A DNA stretch of 64,000 nt, taken from the NCBI GenBank assembly GCA_965221065.1, contig OZ244861.1:2062984-2126983 (forward strand), read 5' to 3'. A program made the translations under genes and the position numbers. This DNA comes from Dehalococcoidia bacterium (GTDB taxonomy: Bacteria; Chloroflexota; Dehalococcoidia; Bin125). The notes under the pieces were generated by a model that saw only the letters and a list, made by a program, of their open reading frames with translations, did not search any database and had not been told where the DNA came from. Below, piece by piece: positions 1 through 9,382 of this stretch (position 1 is its first letter; every line of letters starts with the position of its first letter).

Positions 1-1
1 C

Positions 2-193
2 GGCAACGACGTGACCGAGGTGATCGACTGGGGCCGACGGCGTCTGGCCTATCCGATCAAGCAGTCGTTCGAAGGTCACTACCTCATCGCTCATTTCGAG
101 GGCGGCTCCGACGCCCGTCGCGATGACCTGGAGCAGTCGTTGCTGATTGATGAGCAGGTGCTGCGTCATCTGATTGTGCGCCGCGACCACTAG
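2..193 (+). CDS. rpsF: 30S ribosomal protein S6, C-terminal part (5' end lies outside the window)
   Basis: Translation ...[22 protein letters not shown]... matches the S6 signature; in-frame stop TAG at 191-193; followed by ssb and rpsR in the canonical order. Confidence 0.8.
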   Translation, partial: GNDVTEVIDWGRRRLAYPIKQSFEGHYLIAHFEGGSDARRDDLEQSLLIDEQVLRHLIVRRDH

Positions 194-225
194 CCTGCGG
201 AGACTTAACGTCGGGGAGTGAACTC

Positions 226-660
226 ATGGCGGGACTGAACAAAGTGATGTTGATCGGCAATCTGGGTGCCGATCCTGAGTTGAGATTCACGGCCAACGGC
301 GCCGCGGTCGCCAACTTCCGGATCGCATGCAGCCGGTCGTACACGGACCGAGACGGTCAGCGGCAGGAAGTGACCGAATGGGTGTCCATCGTCGCCTGGC
401 AACGCCTGGCGGAACTGGTGGGCCAGTACCTCAGCAAGGGCCGACCAGTGTATGTCGAGGGTCGATTGCAGACCCGGCAGTGGCAGGATCGCGAAGGCAA
501 CAACCGGTACACCACTGAGGTCGTTGCGAACGATATTCAGTTCCTCGGCGGTCGTGGTGGCGGTGGTGGCGGCGACTTCGATGGAGGCGGAGGCAACTGG
601 GACGATAGCCCGGGTGACATGGGCGGCGGCCCCGATGCGGGCGATTTGCCGTTTGAGTAA
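226..660 (+). CDS. ssb: single-stranded DNA-binding protein
   Basis: OB-fold N-terminus ([22 protein letters not shown]...), Gly-rich linker and acidic DLPFE tail; rpsF-ssb-rpsR synteny. Confidence 0.9.
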   Translation: MAGLNKVMLIGNLGADPELRFTANGAAVANFRIACSRSYTDRDGQRQEVTEWVSIVAWQRLAELVGQYLSKGRPVYVEGRLQTRQWQDREGNNRYTTEVVANDIQFLGGRGGGGGGDFDGGGGNWDDSPGDMGGGPDAGDLPFE

Positions 661-714
661 GCAGATTCTGCGCGCGCCCGGTTGGCGTGTGACGAACAAC
701 ATCGTGGAGATTGA

Positions 715-1386
715 TTGATGACGACTGAATCCGAACCGAGCATTGAACCGGCGCCGGAGCCCGCACCGCGGATAACGCCGGCGCCTGAGTCGGGCGAACG
801 CCTGCCGCAGATGATCGAACGTACGCGACGTCGTGGGCGGCGCCGCCGCGCGCCGATCTTCACGCCGCAGGAGGTTGCGACCATCGACTACAAGGATGTC
901 GACCGCCTGAAGAAGCTGATTTCCGACCGCGGTCGGATCGAGCCACGGCGCAAGACGGGGTTGACGGCCAAGGACCAGCGCAAAGTCGCGCGGGAGATCA
1001 AGCGCGCGCGGCAAGTAGCGCTCCTGCCCTACACGGCTGAGCACATGCGCCAGACATCGCGCTTCCGCATGGTGACGAGGATGGCTCAGCGCGCGATGCG
1101 CGCCGAACTCGATGACGCTCCGCCGGAGGCTCCAGCCGAGGGCGGTGCCGAAGTGGATGCTCCGCCGGCCGAAGCTGCCCCACAGGCGGAAGCTGCGCCC
1201 CCGGTCGAGGCTGCCCCGCAGGCTGAAGCCGCACCGCCGGTCGAGGCCGCACCACCAGTCGAGGCTGCACCGCAGGCCGAGGTTGTACCCGATGGTGACG
1301 TAGCTGTTCAAGACGATGCCGCTGCAACAGAGGAGACGGCCCCGGTCAACGAAGCAGCTTCCGTGAGTGAGGAGTCCGACGCCTGA
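715..1386 (+). CDS. rpsR: 30S ribosomal protein S18 with N-terminal extension and ~130-aa C-terminal Ala/Pro/Glu-rich tandem-repeat tail
   Basis: Core [50 protein letters not shown] is canonical S18. The tail contains about 2.5 tandem copies of [12 protein letters not shown] (36-nt DNA repeat, about 1174-1284). High GC3 in frame. Stop TGA 1384-1386 overlaps the hom ATG. Confidence 0.8.
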   Translation: MMTTESEPSIEPAPEPAPRITPAPESGERLPQMIERTRRRGRRRRAPIFTPQEVATIDYKDVDRLKKLISDRGRIEPRRKTGLTAKDQRKVAREIKRARQVALLPYTAEHMRQTSRFRMVTRMAQRAMRAELDDAPPEAPAEGGAEVDAPPAEAAPQAEAAPPVEAAPQAEAAPPVEAAPPVEAAPQAEVVPDGDVAVQDDAAATEETAPVNEAASVSEESDA

Positions 1387-2693
1387 TGCAGAAGTCGTTG
1401 GGGATTGGGTTGCTCGGACTCGGGGTCGTCGGACGAGGCGTCCTCGAGGCCCTGCAGGGCAATGCCCGGGCGTACGAGGCACGCTGCGGCCGCAGATTGG
1501 ATGTCCGCGCCGCCGCCGTTCGCAACGTGGCCGCGCGTGCCGATCTGGCGGCTGGAGGACTTTCGCTGTCCGATGACCCGTTCGCTGTGGTCGACCACGA
1601 CGACGTCGATGTCGTGGTGGAGTTGATGGGCGGCGAGACACCCGCGGCGGGCTGTATCGAGGCGGCGCTATCGGCCGGCAAGTCGGTAGTGACCGCCAAC
1701 AAGGAAGTGATGGCGAAGCATGGTCCGGCGCTGTTGGCGCTGGCCGAAGAGCGCGGAGTCGAACTCCGCTACGAGGCGAGCGTCGGAGGCGGAATCCCGA
1801 TCATCGGGGTCCTGCAACGAGATCTGCAGGCCAACGATGTGTCGTCAGTCAGAGCGATCATCAACGGTACGACCAACTACATGATCACCGAGATGTCGCA
1901 GGAGGGCAAAGCCTACGCCGAGGCGTTGTCCGAGGCGCAGCGCCTCGGGTACGCCGAGGCCGACCCCACCAACGATGTGGACGGCATCGACGCCGCCTTC
2001 AAGCTGGCGATCCTGGCGTCGTTGGCGTTTCACTCGCGAGTCGGACCGGACGATGTGCATTGCGAGGGAATCCGCTCGCTCGAGGCGCGCGACTTCGTCC
2101 ACGCCCGCGATCTGGGCTACGCCATCCGTATGCTGGCCACCGCTCGTCAGACTCCCGACGGGCTTGATCTCCGGGTGCATCCCACGCTGGTGCCGGTCTC
2201 CGATCCGATGGCTGCGGTCGAAGGTGTGCTGAACGCGGTGTCGGTCTCCGGAGACCTGATTGGTTCGGTGGTGCTGGAGGGTCCCGGCGCGGGCGCCGGC
2301 GCGACATCAAGCGCCGTGGTGGCGGACATTCTGGATGTCGGCAGCCGGCTCGCCTCGGGACAAGCGCCCCGACGCTTGCGACCCATCGACCCCTCCCCTC
2401 AACTCGTTCCGCTATCAAATCTCCGGGTGCGGACATATCTGCGGCTCGAAGTTCCCGATCGCGCGGGCGTACTGGCAGAATTGGGAGCGGTGTTCGCCGC
2501 CGAGGGCGTGAGCATCGCCTCCGTACTGCAGACGCCGCATCCGCAGCGCAGTCAGTCGGCTGACCTCATCGTCACGACTCACGTCTGCAGCGATGGCGCT
2601 CTACAGCGGGTGTTGGACGGCTTGGAGCTCTCGGATTCGGTGATCGAGCTGGGCGTGCGGCTTCGGATTGAGGATGGCTGTGACAACGACTGA
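1386..2693 (+). CDS. hom: homoserine dehydrogenase (with C-terminal ACT domain)
   Basis: GLLGLGVVGRG NAD-binding motif, conserved NKEV...GGGIPII... core, C-terminal ACT-like region; ATGA overlap with rpsR. Confidence 0.9.
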   Translation: MQKSLGIGLLGLGVVGRGVLEALQGNARAYEARCGRRLDVRAAAVRNVAARADLAAGGLSLSDDPFAVVDHDDVDVVVELMGGETPAAGCIEAALSAGKSVVTANKEVMAKHGPALLALAEERGVELRYEASVGGGIPIIGVLQRDLQANDVSSVRAIINGTTNYMITEMSQEGKAYAEALSEAQRLGYAEADPTNDVDGIDAAFKLAILASLAFHSRVGPDDVHCEGIRSLEARDFVHARDLGYAIRMLATARQTPDGLDLRVHPTLVPVSDPMAAVEGVLNAVSVSGDLIGSVVLEGPGAGAGATSSAVVADILDVGSRLASGQAPRRLRPIDPSPQLVPLSNLRVRTYLRLEVPDRAGVLAELGAVFAAEGVSIASVLQTPHPQRSQSADLIVTTHVCSDGALQRVLDGLELSDSVIELGVRLRIEDGCDND

Positions 2694-3690
2694 TCCGGTA
2701 GAGGGCGCTGATACTCGCTGGCTGCGGATAGAAGAATCGATCGCGGGGCTGCGCAGTCAGACCGCTGAGCTGGCGCAATCGCACGTGCGCGACGAACGAG
2801 AACTGAGCGCCCTCGATCAACGCCTACGGGAACTTGAAGGCCGGGCGCTGACATTGGCGGCTGAGGTTGGCGCATCGCTGAGGCAACTGGAAGAAGTGCA
2901 AGCCCTCCGCGAGCGGCTCGGGCGCTTCGGCGGCGAACTGGATGAGAGCCGAGAACTGTCGGAGACCTCGACCCGGCAGTTGCGCCAGGATCTCGATGTT
3001 CAGCGCGGGACGGCCAACGACGCCCTGCGCCGACTCCAGGCGAGCGAGAAGTCGCTGAACGACCTGCGCGAGCGCTTGAGCGTCTTCGACGAGGCGATTC
3101 GTCGGGTCAACGCCGAAGGCGGCGAACTGACGCATCGGTTGTCGCAGATCGAGAACAGCCAGGTCGCACTCGGCGCGCGGATTTCTGCCAATGCCGACGG
3201 ACTGCGCCGAGCCTCCGGCGAGAGCAGCGCGCTGGAAGGTCGGATCGACGCGCTCGAGCGTCAGTTGCACGGCGTGACCGAGCGGTTGGAGCTCTCCTAT
3301 CAGAGCCTGCGTCGTGTGCAAGAGACCGCCGAGCAATGGGAGGACTTGAAGAACAACGTCGACGCGTTGCGCGGCCGGATCGAGGAATCGTTGCAGGCGC
3401 TGGACGCGTCCCGAGCGATCGTGTCGTCCGTGCAACGGGGGTCGGAGGCGCTGGAGGAGCGGATCGACAATATCGAGCGGATGAGCGAGCAGCTGCGCGC
3501 CCGTGACGCTCGTCGTGAGCGTGCCGTCGCCTCGCTGGGCGACCGGATCGAGGGCGTGTCTGCGCTCACCGCGCAAGAACAGGAACGCTTCGTGGCCCTG
3601 CAGGAACAGGTCCGACGGAGACAGATCGAGGAGCTGGAGCAGGAAATCCGAGAGTTGAAGTCGTACCTGCGAGTTCGCAGCGATGGCTAG
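2674..3690 (+). CDS. hypothetical coiled-coil protein (~338 aa, almost entirely heptad-like Glu/Arg/Leu-rich)
   Basis: Long ORF with strong GC3 bias, occupying the slot between hom and thrC. No enzymatic motifs. Start at ATG 2674 (or TTG 2668) overlaps the hom 3' end by about 20 nt; its stop TAG 3688-3690 overlaps the thrC ATG 3683. Confidence 0.6.
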   Translation: MAVTTTDPVEGADTRWLRIEESIAGLRSQTAELAQSHVRDERELSALDQRLRELEGRALTLAAEVGASLRQLEEVQALRERLGRFGGELDESRELSETSTRQLRQDLDVQRGTANDALRRLQASEKSLNDLRERLSVFDEAIRRVNAEGGELTHRLSQIENSQVALGARISANADGLRRASGESSALEGRIDALERQLHGVTERLELSYQSLRRVQETAEQWEDLKNNVDALRGRIEESLQALDASRAIVSSVQRGSEALEERIDNIERMSEQLRARDARRERAVASLGDRIEGVSALTAQEQERFVALQEQVRRRQIEELEQEIRELKSYLRVRSDG

Positions 3691-4774
3691 CAGCACGGTC
3701 AGGACCGGTACATGGGCCGGTGGCGGAGTGCTCGAGCGTTATGCCGACTGGCTGCCGCTGACCGAATCGACGCCCTGCGTCACGCTGGGCGAGGGCAGCA
3801 CGCCGCTGGTGCGCGCCGAGAGTCTCGAACGCGCGACCGGCGCGGACGAGGTTTGGCTGAAACTGGAGCTGTGCAACCCGACTGGCTCGTTCAAGGATCG
3901 CGGCATGGTGGTGGCGGTGGCGAAGGCGGTCGAGCAGGGGGCGACCGCCGTACTCTGTGCATCAACGGGCAACACCAGCGCCTCGGCAGCGGCCTACGCC
4001 TCACGTTGCGGGTTGCGGGCCTTCGTGCTGGTTCCCGAGGGTCGGATTGCGCAGGGCAAACTCGCCCAGGCCGCAGCGCACGGCGCGCGCGTGCTCGCGG
4101 TCGACGGCAACTTCGATGATGCGTTGCGGCTCGCGCAGGAACTGACTGCCCGGCTGCCGCTTGCGTTGGTGAACTCGGTCAATCCCTACCGGATCGAAGG
4201 TCAGAAAACTGCCGCGATGGAGATCGTCGACGCGCTGGGCGATGCGCCCGATCTGCATTGCATTCCGGTCGGCAACGCCGGCAATATCACCGCCTACTGG
4301 CACGGGTACTGCGAGTACTTCCACGCCGAGCGGGCCTCGCAACGGCCGGCCATGCTTGGCGTTCAGGCCGCGGGCGCGGCGCCGCTGGTGCGTGGACGGC
4401 CGGTGGCGCGCCCCGAGACGATCGCGACCGCGATCAGGATCGGCGCGCCCGCCTCATGGGATGGCGCCATCGAGGCGCGAGACGAGTCCGGTGGTTCGAT
4501 CATCGCGACGACCGACGAACAGATCCTCGATGCATATCGGACACTGGCGAGCGAGGAAGGCATCTTCTGCGAACCGGCCTCGGCGGCTTCAGTGGCGGGG
4601 CTTCTCACCCGGCACGGAGCCGGTTCTCTCGCGGGCCGACGCGTGGTCTGCACGATCACGGGACACGGATTGAAGGACCCGGAACGGGCGGTGGAGTCGA
4701 TTCGCGCTGACGTGGTGGAGATCGGCTCGAACTTCGACGAAGCGGCGGAGGCGATCGAGGAGGGGCTGCGATGA
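3683..4774 (+). CDS. thrC: threonine synthase
   Basis: PLP-lysine motif GSFKDRG, conserved ...AYWHGY... and overall length; hom-thrC context. Confidence 0.9.
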   Translation: MASSTVRTGTWAGGGVLERYADWLPLTESTPCVTLGEGSTPLVRAESLERATGADEVWLKLELCNPTGSFKDRGMVVAVAKAVEQGATAVLCASTGNTSASAAAYASRCGLRAFVLVPEGRIAQGKLAQAAAHGARVLAVDGNFDDALRLAQELTARLPLALVNSVNPYRIEGQKTAAMEIVDALGDAPDLHCIPVGNAGNITAYWHGYCEYFHAERASQRPAMLGVQAAGAAPLVRGRPVARPETIATAIRIGAPASWDGAIEARDESGGSIIATTDEQILDAYRTLASEEGIFCEPASAASVAGLLTRHGAGSLAGRRVVCTITGHGLKDPERAVESIRADVVEIGSNFDEAAEAIEEGLR

Positions 4775-5346
4775 GCGGTCGAGTCGATCGCGCAAGGGCG
4801 GAAGCCGCCGTCCGAGACCTGCTGCTGGCGCTGGGCGAGGACCCGGATCGCGAAGGTCTGCGCGAAACGCCGCGCAGGGTGGTGGCGGCGTACGAGGAGA
4901 CGCTCGGCGGCCCGGACGTCAATATCCCGGAGCTGCTGTCGGTGGGCTTTGAAGAAGGCCACGACGAGATGGTCATCCTGCGCGATGTGCCCTTCTTCTC
5001 GATGTGCGAGCATCACCTGATGCCGTTCCATGGGATCGCCCATGTGGGCTACGTGCCCAATGGCCGCGTCGTTGGACTCTCCAAGCTGGCCCGCCTCGTC
5101 GATGCGATGGCTCGACGCCCGCAGTTGCAGGAACGGCTGACGGCGCAGATTGCCGACGTGCTGATGGACACGATTCAGCCGCAGGGCGCCGCGGTCGCCG
5201 TCGAAGCGGAGCATCTCTGCATGCAGATGCGCGGGATCAAGAAACCCGGCTCGCGCATGCTGACCTCGGCGATGCGCGGCAGTTTCCTTGAGCAGGAAGA
5301 GACGCGAGCAGAGTTCCTCTCGCTGGTTGGGACGCAGCGATTGTGA
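4771..5346 (+). CDS. folE: GTP cyclohydrolase I
   Basis: Motifs [22 protein letters not shown]; 191 aa; 4-nt overlap with thrC stop. Confidence 0.9.
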   Translation: MSGRVDRARAEAAVRDLLLALGEDPDREGLRETPRRVVAAYEETLGGPDVNIPELLSVGFEEGHDEMVILRDVPFFSMCEHHLMPFHGIAHVGYVPNGRVVGLSKLARLVDAMARRPQLQERLTAQIADVLMDTIQPQGAAVAVEAEHLCMQMRGIKKPGSRMLTSAMRGSFLEQEETRAEFLSLVGTQRL

Positions 5347-6338
5347 GTTTGGCTGTCGTCAGCGGCCAATACGCCGATCTGCGCGATCGCTGGAGCGCAC
5401 TCTGCCGCGCCGTCCCGGCGACGCCGTTCTCAACACCGGAGTTCGGCGAGGCGTGGTGGTCCGTGTTCGGCGAATCCGCTTGCGGCGAACTGGAGCTGGT
5501 TGGGCTGGAGAATGGAACCGGCGAGCTGGTGGGGTTGGCCCCGCTCAGGCGCTGCGAGACGCATTGGACGTTCGCCGGCGACCACGAGGTGTCGGACTAC
5601 CTCGGACCGGTGGCGCAGGCCGGCAAGGAGCGGGAGCTCGCCTCCGCTGTGCTGGATCGTCTTGAGGCGTCCGACGCGCAGACGGCGGAGTTCCGTGGGA
5701 TCGAACCCGGTTCGAACTGGGCGAGCCTCTTCGGAACTGCGGTCGAGCGCGGCTGGCGGGTTGACGTCGAGCAGGAAGCCGTGTGTCCGACAGTCGAGAT
5801 TGGCGGCGGCTGGGAGACATACCTGTCGAACCTGCGCCCGCGGGATCGGCGCGAGGTACGGCGAAAGCTGCGACCGCTGCGCCAGCTTCGCGGGGCTGTG
5901 GAGTTCAAATCCGTCGAGAGCCCGCAACAGGTGGCGGCCTGGATGCCTGAGTTCATGTCGATGATGGCCGACTCCCGCGGCGACAAGGCGGTGTTCCTGA
6001 CCGACGAGATGCGCTCCTTCTTCGAGCGCCTCAGCGCATCGCTGGCGGAAGCGGGTTGGTTGCGGCTGTATGTGATGTCGGTCTCGGGTGAGGCGGCGGC
6101 GATCGTGCTCTGCTTCGTCGCCCAGAATCAACTGCTGCTATACAACAGTGGCTACAGTCCCAAATTCCGTGACCTGTCGGCTGGATTGGCGTCCAAGGTG
6201 CTGTGCATCCGCGATGCGGTTGAGCGGGGGATGTCGAGCGTGAACTTCTTGCGTGGCGATGAGCCGTACAAGTATGAGTTGGGCGGTCGCGACGCCGTGG
6301 TCCGCCGCATCCAGCTCACCAGGGAGCTCGCAAGATGA
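5343..6338 (+). CDS. GNAT-superfamily acyltransferase of the CelD/BioF2/FemAB-like (Acetyltransf_6) type
   Basis: 331 aa; C-terminal [14 protein letters not shown] motif is typical of CelD/FemAB-like acyltransferases. GTG start at 5343 overlaps the folE stop; its stop overlaps the next gene's start. Confidence 0.55.
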   Translation: MSLAVVSGQYADLRDRWSALCRAVPATPFSTPEFGEAWWSVFGESACGELELVGLENGTGELVGLAPLRRCETHWTFAGDHEVSDYLGPVAQAGKERELASAVLDRLEASDAQTAEFRGIEPGSNWASLFGTAVERGWRVDVEQEAVCPTVEIGGGWETYLSNLRPRDRREVRRKLRPLRQLRGAVEFKSVESPQQVAAWMPEFMSMMADSRGDKAVFLTDEMRSFFERLSASLAEAGWLRLYVMSVSGEAAAIVLCFVAQNQLLLYNSGYSPKFRDLSAGLASKVLCIRDAVERGMSSVNFLRGDEPYKYELGGRDAVVRRIQLTRELAR

Positions 6339-7633
6339 TGCGACCTCGACGGCGCCTGGCCGTGATGTCGACGCACACCTCGCCGCTAGCCAAGGCGGGT
6401 ACGACCAAGGCCGGCGGCATGAACGTCTATGTGGCCGAGTTGTCACGCCAGCTTGTCGACCTGGGCTGGGAAGTCGACATCTTCACACGGCGCGACCACC
6501 CCGACGCGCCGTACGTCGAGGAGTTCGCGCCCGGTGCGCGGTTGTTTCAGGTCGATGCCGGCCCGCCGGTAGTGCTGCCGCCGATCGAAGTGGCCGCGCA
6601 TGTCTCGGAGTTCACCGAGGGCGTGGCCCGGATTGCGGCCGGACGCGACGATTACGACCTCGTCCATTCCCACTATTGGGTGGCGGGACTCAGTGGCATC
6701 GAGCTGTCGCGGCGCTGGCAATGTCCCCACGCGGTGATGTTCCACACCCTGGGCGCGGTCAAGCAGATGTTCCAACAGCCGGAGCCGCCGTTCCGCCTCG
6801 CCGGCGAGCGGCAGGTCGTGGCTTGCTCCGACGTGATCATCGGCGCGACATCCCACGAGCGGGCATTCCTGATTGGGCAGTACGAAGCGGACGCATCGCG
6901 TGTCCGCGTCGTCCCGTGCGGGATTGATCTGTCGCGCTTCCACCCGTCTGGTGTCGAGGAATCCCGGCGCAGGGTGGCGACCGCCTTCCCCGAGCTGGGC
7001 CTGTCCGAGGGCCCCGGCATCCTCTTCGTCGGACGACTCGAGGAGGCGAAGGGTGCCGACCTGCTGATTCAAGCGTTGCCGCTCATCAAGGCGCAATCCG
7101 ACCCGCTGCTCTGGATCGCCGGCGGCGACGAGCGTGACAATGGCGAGCGCGCGCGGCTGCGCGACCTCGCCGATGCCTGCGGCGTCGCCGAGCGCGTGCG
7201 ATTCGTCAACGCCGTCGACAGAGAGCAATTGCCCGACCTGTACCGGGCCGCGGCGGTCTGCGCCGTGCCGTCCGCCTACGAGTCGTTCGGTCTGGTGGCG
7301 GTCGAAGCGATGGCCTGCGGCACCCCGCCGGTGGCGACCAGGGTTGGTGGACTGGCAACCACGATCACGCACGGCAAGACCGGCCTGCTGGCGAACGATC
7401 GCCGACCCGAACACTTCGCCTCGGCAATCGAGCGCCTGCTCTCCGACGACACGCTGCGAAGTCGGATGGGCGTTGCCGCCGCGGCCGAGATGGCCGTGTT
7501 TTCCTGGAACAGCGTGGCTCGCAGTATTCTCGACGTGTACCAGGACCTGCTGAACGAGGCCGAGGTGGCAGGCTCGCAACGAGACTCCTGTTGCCCGGAT
7601 TCGGTGGAGTCCCTGTTGGTGGCGGCGAGTTAG
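6335..7633 (+). CDS. mshA: GT4 glycosyltransferase, MshA-like (D-inositol-3-phosphate N-acetylglucosaminyltransferase-like)
   Basis: N-terminus RRLAVMSTHTSPLAKAGTTKAGGMNVYVAELSRQLVDLGWEVDIFTR closely matches the MshA signature (SxHTSPL...GGMNVYV); GT4 C-terminal EX7E region present. Confidence 0.7.
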   Translation: MMRPRRRLAVMSTHTSPLAKAGTTKAGGMNVYVAELSRQLVDLGWEVDIFTRRDHPDAPYVEEFAPGARLFQVDAGPPVVLPPIEVAAHVSEFTEGVARIAAGRDDYDLVHSHYWVAGLSGIELSRRWQCPHAVMFHTLGAVKQMFQQPEPPFRLAGERQVVACSDVIIGATSHERAFLIGQYEADASRVRVVPCGIDLSRFHPSGVEESRRRVATAFPELGLSEGPGILFVGRLEEAKGADLLIQALPLIKAQSDPLLWIAGGDERDNGERARLRDLADACGVAERVRFVNAVDREQLPDLYRAAAVCAVPSAYESFGLVAVEAMACGTPPVATRVGGLATTITHGKTGLLANDRRPEHFASAIERLLSDDTLRSRMGVAAAAEMAVFSWNSVARSILDVYQDLLNEAEVAGSQRDSCCPDSVESLLVAAS

Positions 7634-7656
7634 GGAACTACGCCTCATCGAAGCAG

Positions 7657-8472
7657 ATGGGAGCCCAAATGCCGGACGCCGAGGCTCCTGCGGAGGCGCG
7701 CCGCGCCCTGGTCGTGATGGCCCATCCGGACGACATCGAATTCACCTGCGGCGGAACGGTCGCCCAGCTGTCGGATGACGGCTGGGACGTGACATTCTGT
7801 CTCGTCACGAGCGGAGACAAGGGCACCAAGGATCCGATGCTCGGGCCGGCCGATCTTGGCGCCCTGCGCGAGGCGGAGCAGGAAGCGGCTGCCTCGGAAC
7901 TGGGGATCAAGCGCTGCATCTTCTTGCGGGTCCCCGACGGCCACGTCGAAGACGGCTCCGAGTTTCGCGGACAGATGGTGCGCGTACTGCGCGAAGTCCG
8001 GCCCGAGCTGATGATCACCTGGGACGGCTATCGCGGGTTCAATCATCGCGACCACCGCACCGTCGGCATCGCGGCACTGGATGCGGTCTTTCCGCTCTCT
8101 CGCAATGCCAACTCGTACGCCGAGCAGGTTGCGACCGGCGTCGAACCGGTGCGAGTCAACACCGTCCTGCTCGCCGGGAGCAATGAGCCGAACTACTTCG
8201 TTGACGTGTCCGACCAGCTCGACCGTCGAATCGACGCCCTGCTGCGCCATGCCTCGCAGGTCCAGGCGCCGAATCGCGAGGAGATGGCGAAGCGGATGCG
8301 CAATCGCTCTGAGCAGGCCGCGCGGGCAGGCCGGATCCCCTGGTCGGAAGGATTCCGTCGACTGACCTTCGGCGAAGCCCGCGCCCCGCGTCGATCGGAT
8401 GCGCTCAAGGCAGAGGCCAAGGCGAGAGCAGACGCGGAATCATCGGAGCACTCGGAGACGAGCGATGGCTGA
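7657..8472 (+). CDS. PIG-L/LmbE-family N-acetylglucosaminyl deacetylase (MshB/BshB-like)
   Basis: AHPDDIEFTCGG motif and overall LmbE-like layout. Start ATG 7657, or ATG 7669, which is preceded by a GGGAG ribosome-binding site. Directly follows the MshA-like gene. Confidence 0.75.
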   Translation: MGAQMPDAEAPAEARRALVVMAHPDDIEFTCGGTVAQLSDDGWDVTFCLVTSGDKGTKDPMLGPADLGALREAEQEAAASELGIKRCIFLRVPDGHVEDGSEFRGQMVRVLREVRPELMITWDGYRGFNHRDHRTVGIAALDAVFPLSRNANSYAEQVATGVEPVRVNTVLLAGSNEPNYFVDVSDQLDRRIDALLRHASQVQAPNREEMAKRMRNRSEQAARAGRIPWSEGFRRLTFGEARAPRRSDALKAEAKARADAESSEHSETSDG

Positions 8473-9382
8473 GGGCGCGCTGTTCCTGCTCTGGGCGAGC
8501 TTTGTCGCCGCTGGCTGCGCCGCATTCGCATCGGTGGTCTACGCGCTCCAGCCGCGCCTCCGTATTGCCTGGTCACCCAGACGGGTCGAGGCGACTGAGC
8601 CTTCTCTGTCTGTGCCCGAACCTGCGCCGGTTCGCTCGCCGACGCTGGGCGGCATTGCCACGCTGAGCGTCTGGACCGCAGCCGCGCTGGGCGTCACGGG
8701 CTTGGTGATGCGCTCGATCGCGCTGAATCACGCGCCATACAGCAACCTGTTCGAGTTCTCGATGTCGTTCGGTGTGGCCATAGTCCTCCTCTATGCCATC
8801 TTCGAGTTGCGCGCTGGGACGAGACTGGCCGGAGCGTTCGTGCTTCCCGTCGCCTGCGGGCTGTACGGATCGGCGCTGGCGTTCCCCAGCGGCGGGCAGG
8901 AAGTGCTGGTCCCGGCGCTGCAGAGTCCAACCCTGTTGACGATCCACGTGGCGCTGATGATCCTCTCGTACGCGGTCCTGGCGGTCGCGTTCGGCGGCGC
9001 GCTGATGCACCTGGTGCAGGGATTCCCGGCGCGGGTCGCCGCGCGCGGCGGCCGCTACGACTGGTTGCCCTCGGCCGGGCGCTCCGACGAGTTGACCTAT
9101 CGCGCCGTGCTCGTCGGCTTCCCCCTGCTGGCAGCCGGCATCGCGCTGGGCGCGTTCTGGGCCAACGACGCTTGGGGCCGCTATTGGGGCTGGGATCCAA
9201 AGGAAACCGCCGCACTCGTGACCTGGCTGATCTTCGCGGTCTACATCCACGGTCGTGGACTGCGCCAACTGCGCGGAGCGCGGAGCGCCTGGATCGTGGT
9301 GTTGGGTTTCTTCGCCGTGATGTTCACCTATCTGGGTGTCAACCTCTGGATCTCCGGTCTGCACTCCTACGCCGGGGTCTGA
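8465..9382 (+). CDS. ccsA: cytochrome c-type biogenesis protein CcsA/ResC-like (heme-handling W-rich domain)
   Basis: Multi-TM protein with WGRYWGWDPKE (WWD-type heme-binding motif) and conserved His; ATG 8465 overlaps PIG-L stop (TGA 8470-8472). Confidence 0.75.
   Translation: MAEGALFLLWASFVAAGCAAFASVVYALQPRLRIAWSPRRVEATEPSLSVPEPAPVRSPTLGGIATLSVWTAAALGVTGLVMRSIALNHAPYSNLFEFSMSFGVAIVLLYAIFELRAGTRLAGAFVLPVACGLYGSALAFPSGGQEVLVPALQSPTLLTIHVALMILSYAVLAVAFGGALMHLVQGFPARVAARGGRYDWLPSAGRSDELTYRAVLVGFPLLAAGIALGAFWANDAWGRYWGWDPKETAALVTWLIFAVYIHGRGLRQLRGARSAWIVVLGFFAVMFTYLGVNLWISGLHSYAGV

Noticed and set aside
715-1386. S18 C-terminal tail as a fused L9 (rplI)
   Set aside because: No similarity to the L9 N-domain (MKVILL.DV..LGK.G..V.V..GYARN.L.P). 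The tail is a low-complexity tandem repeat.
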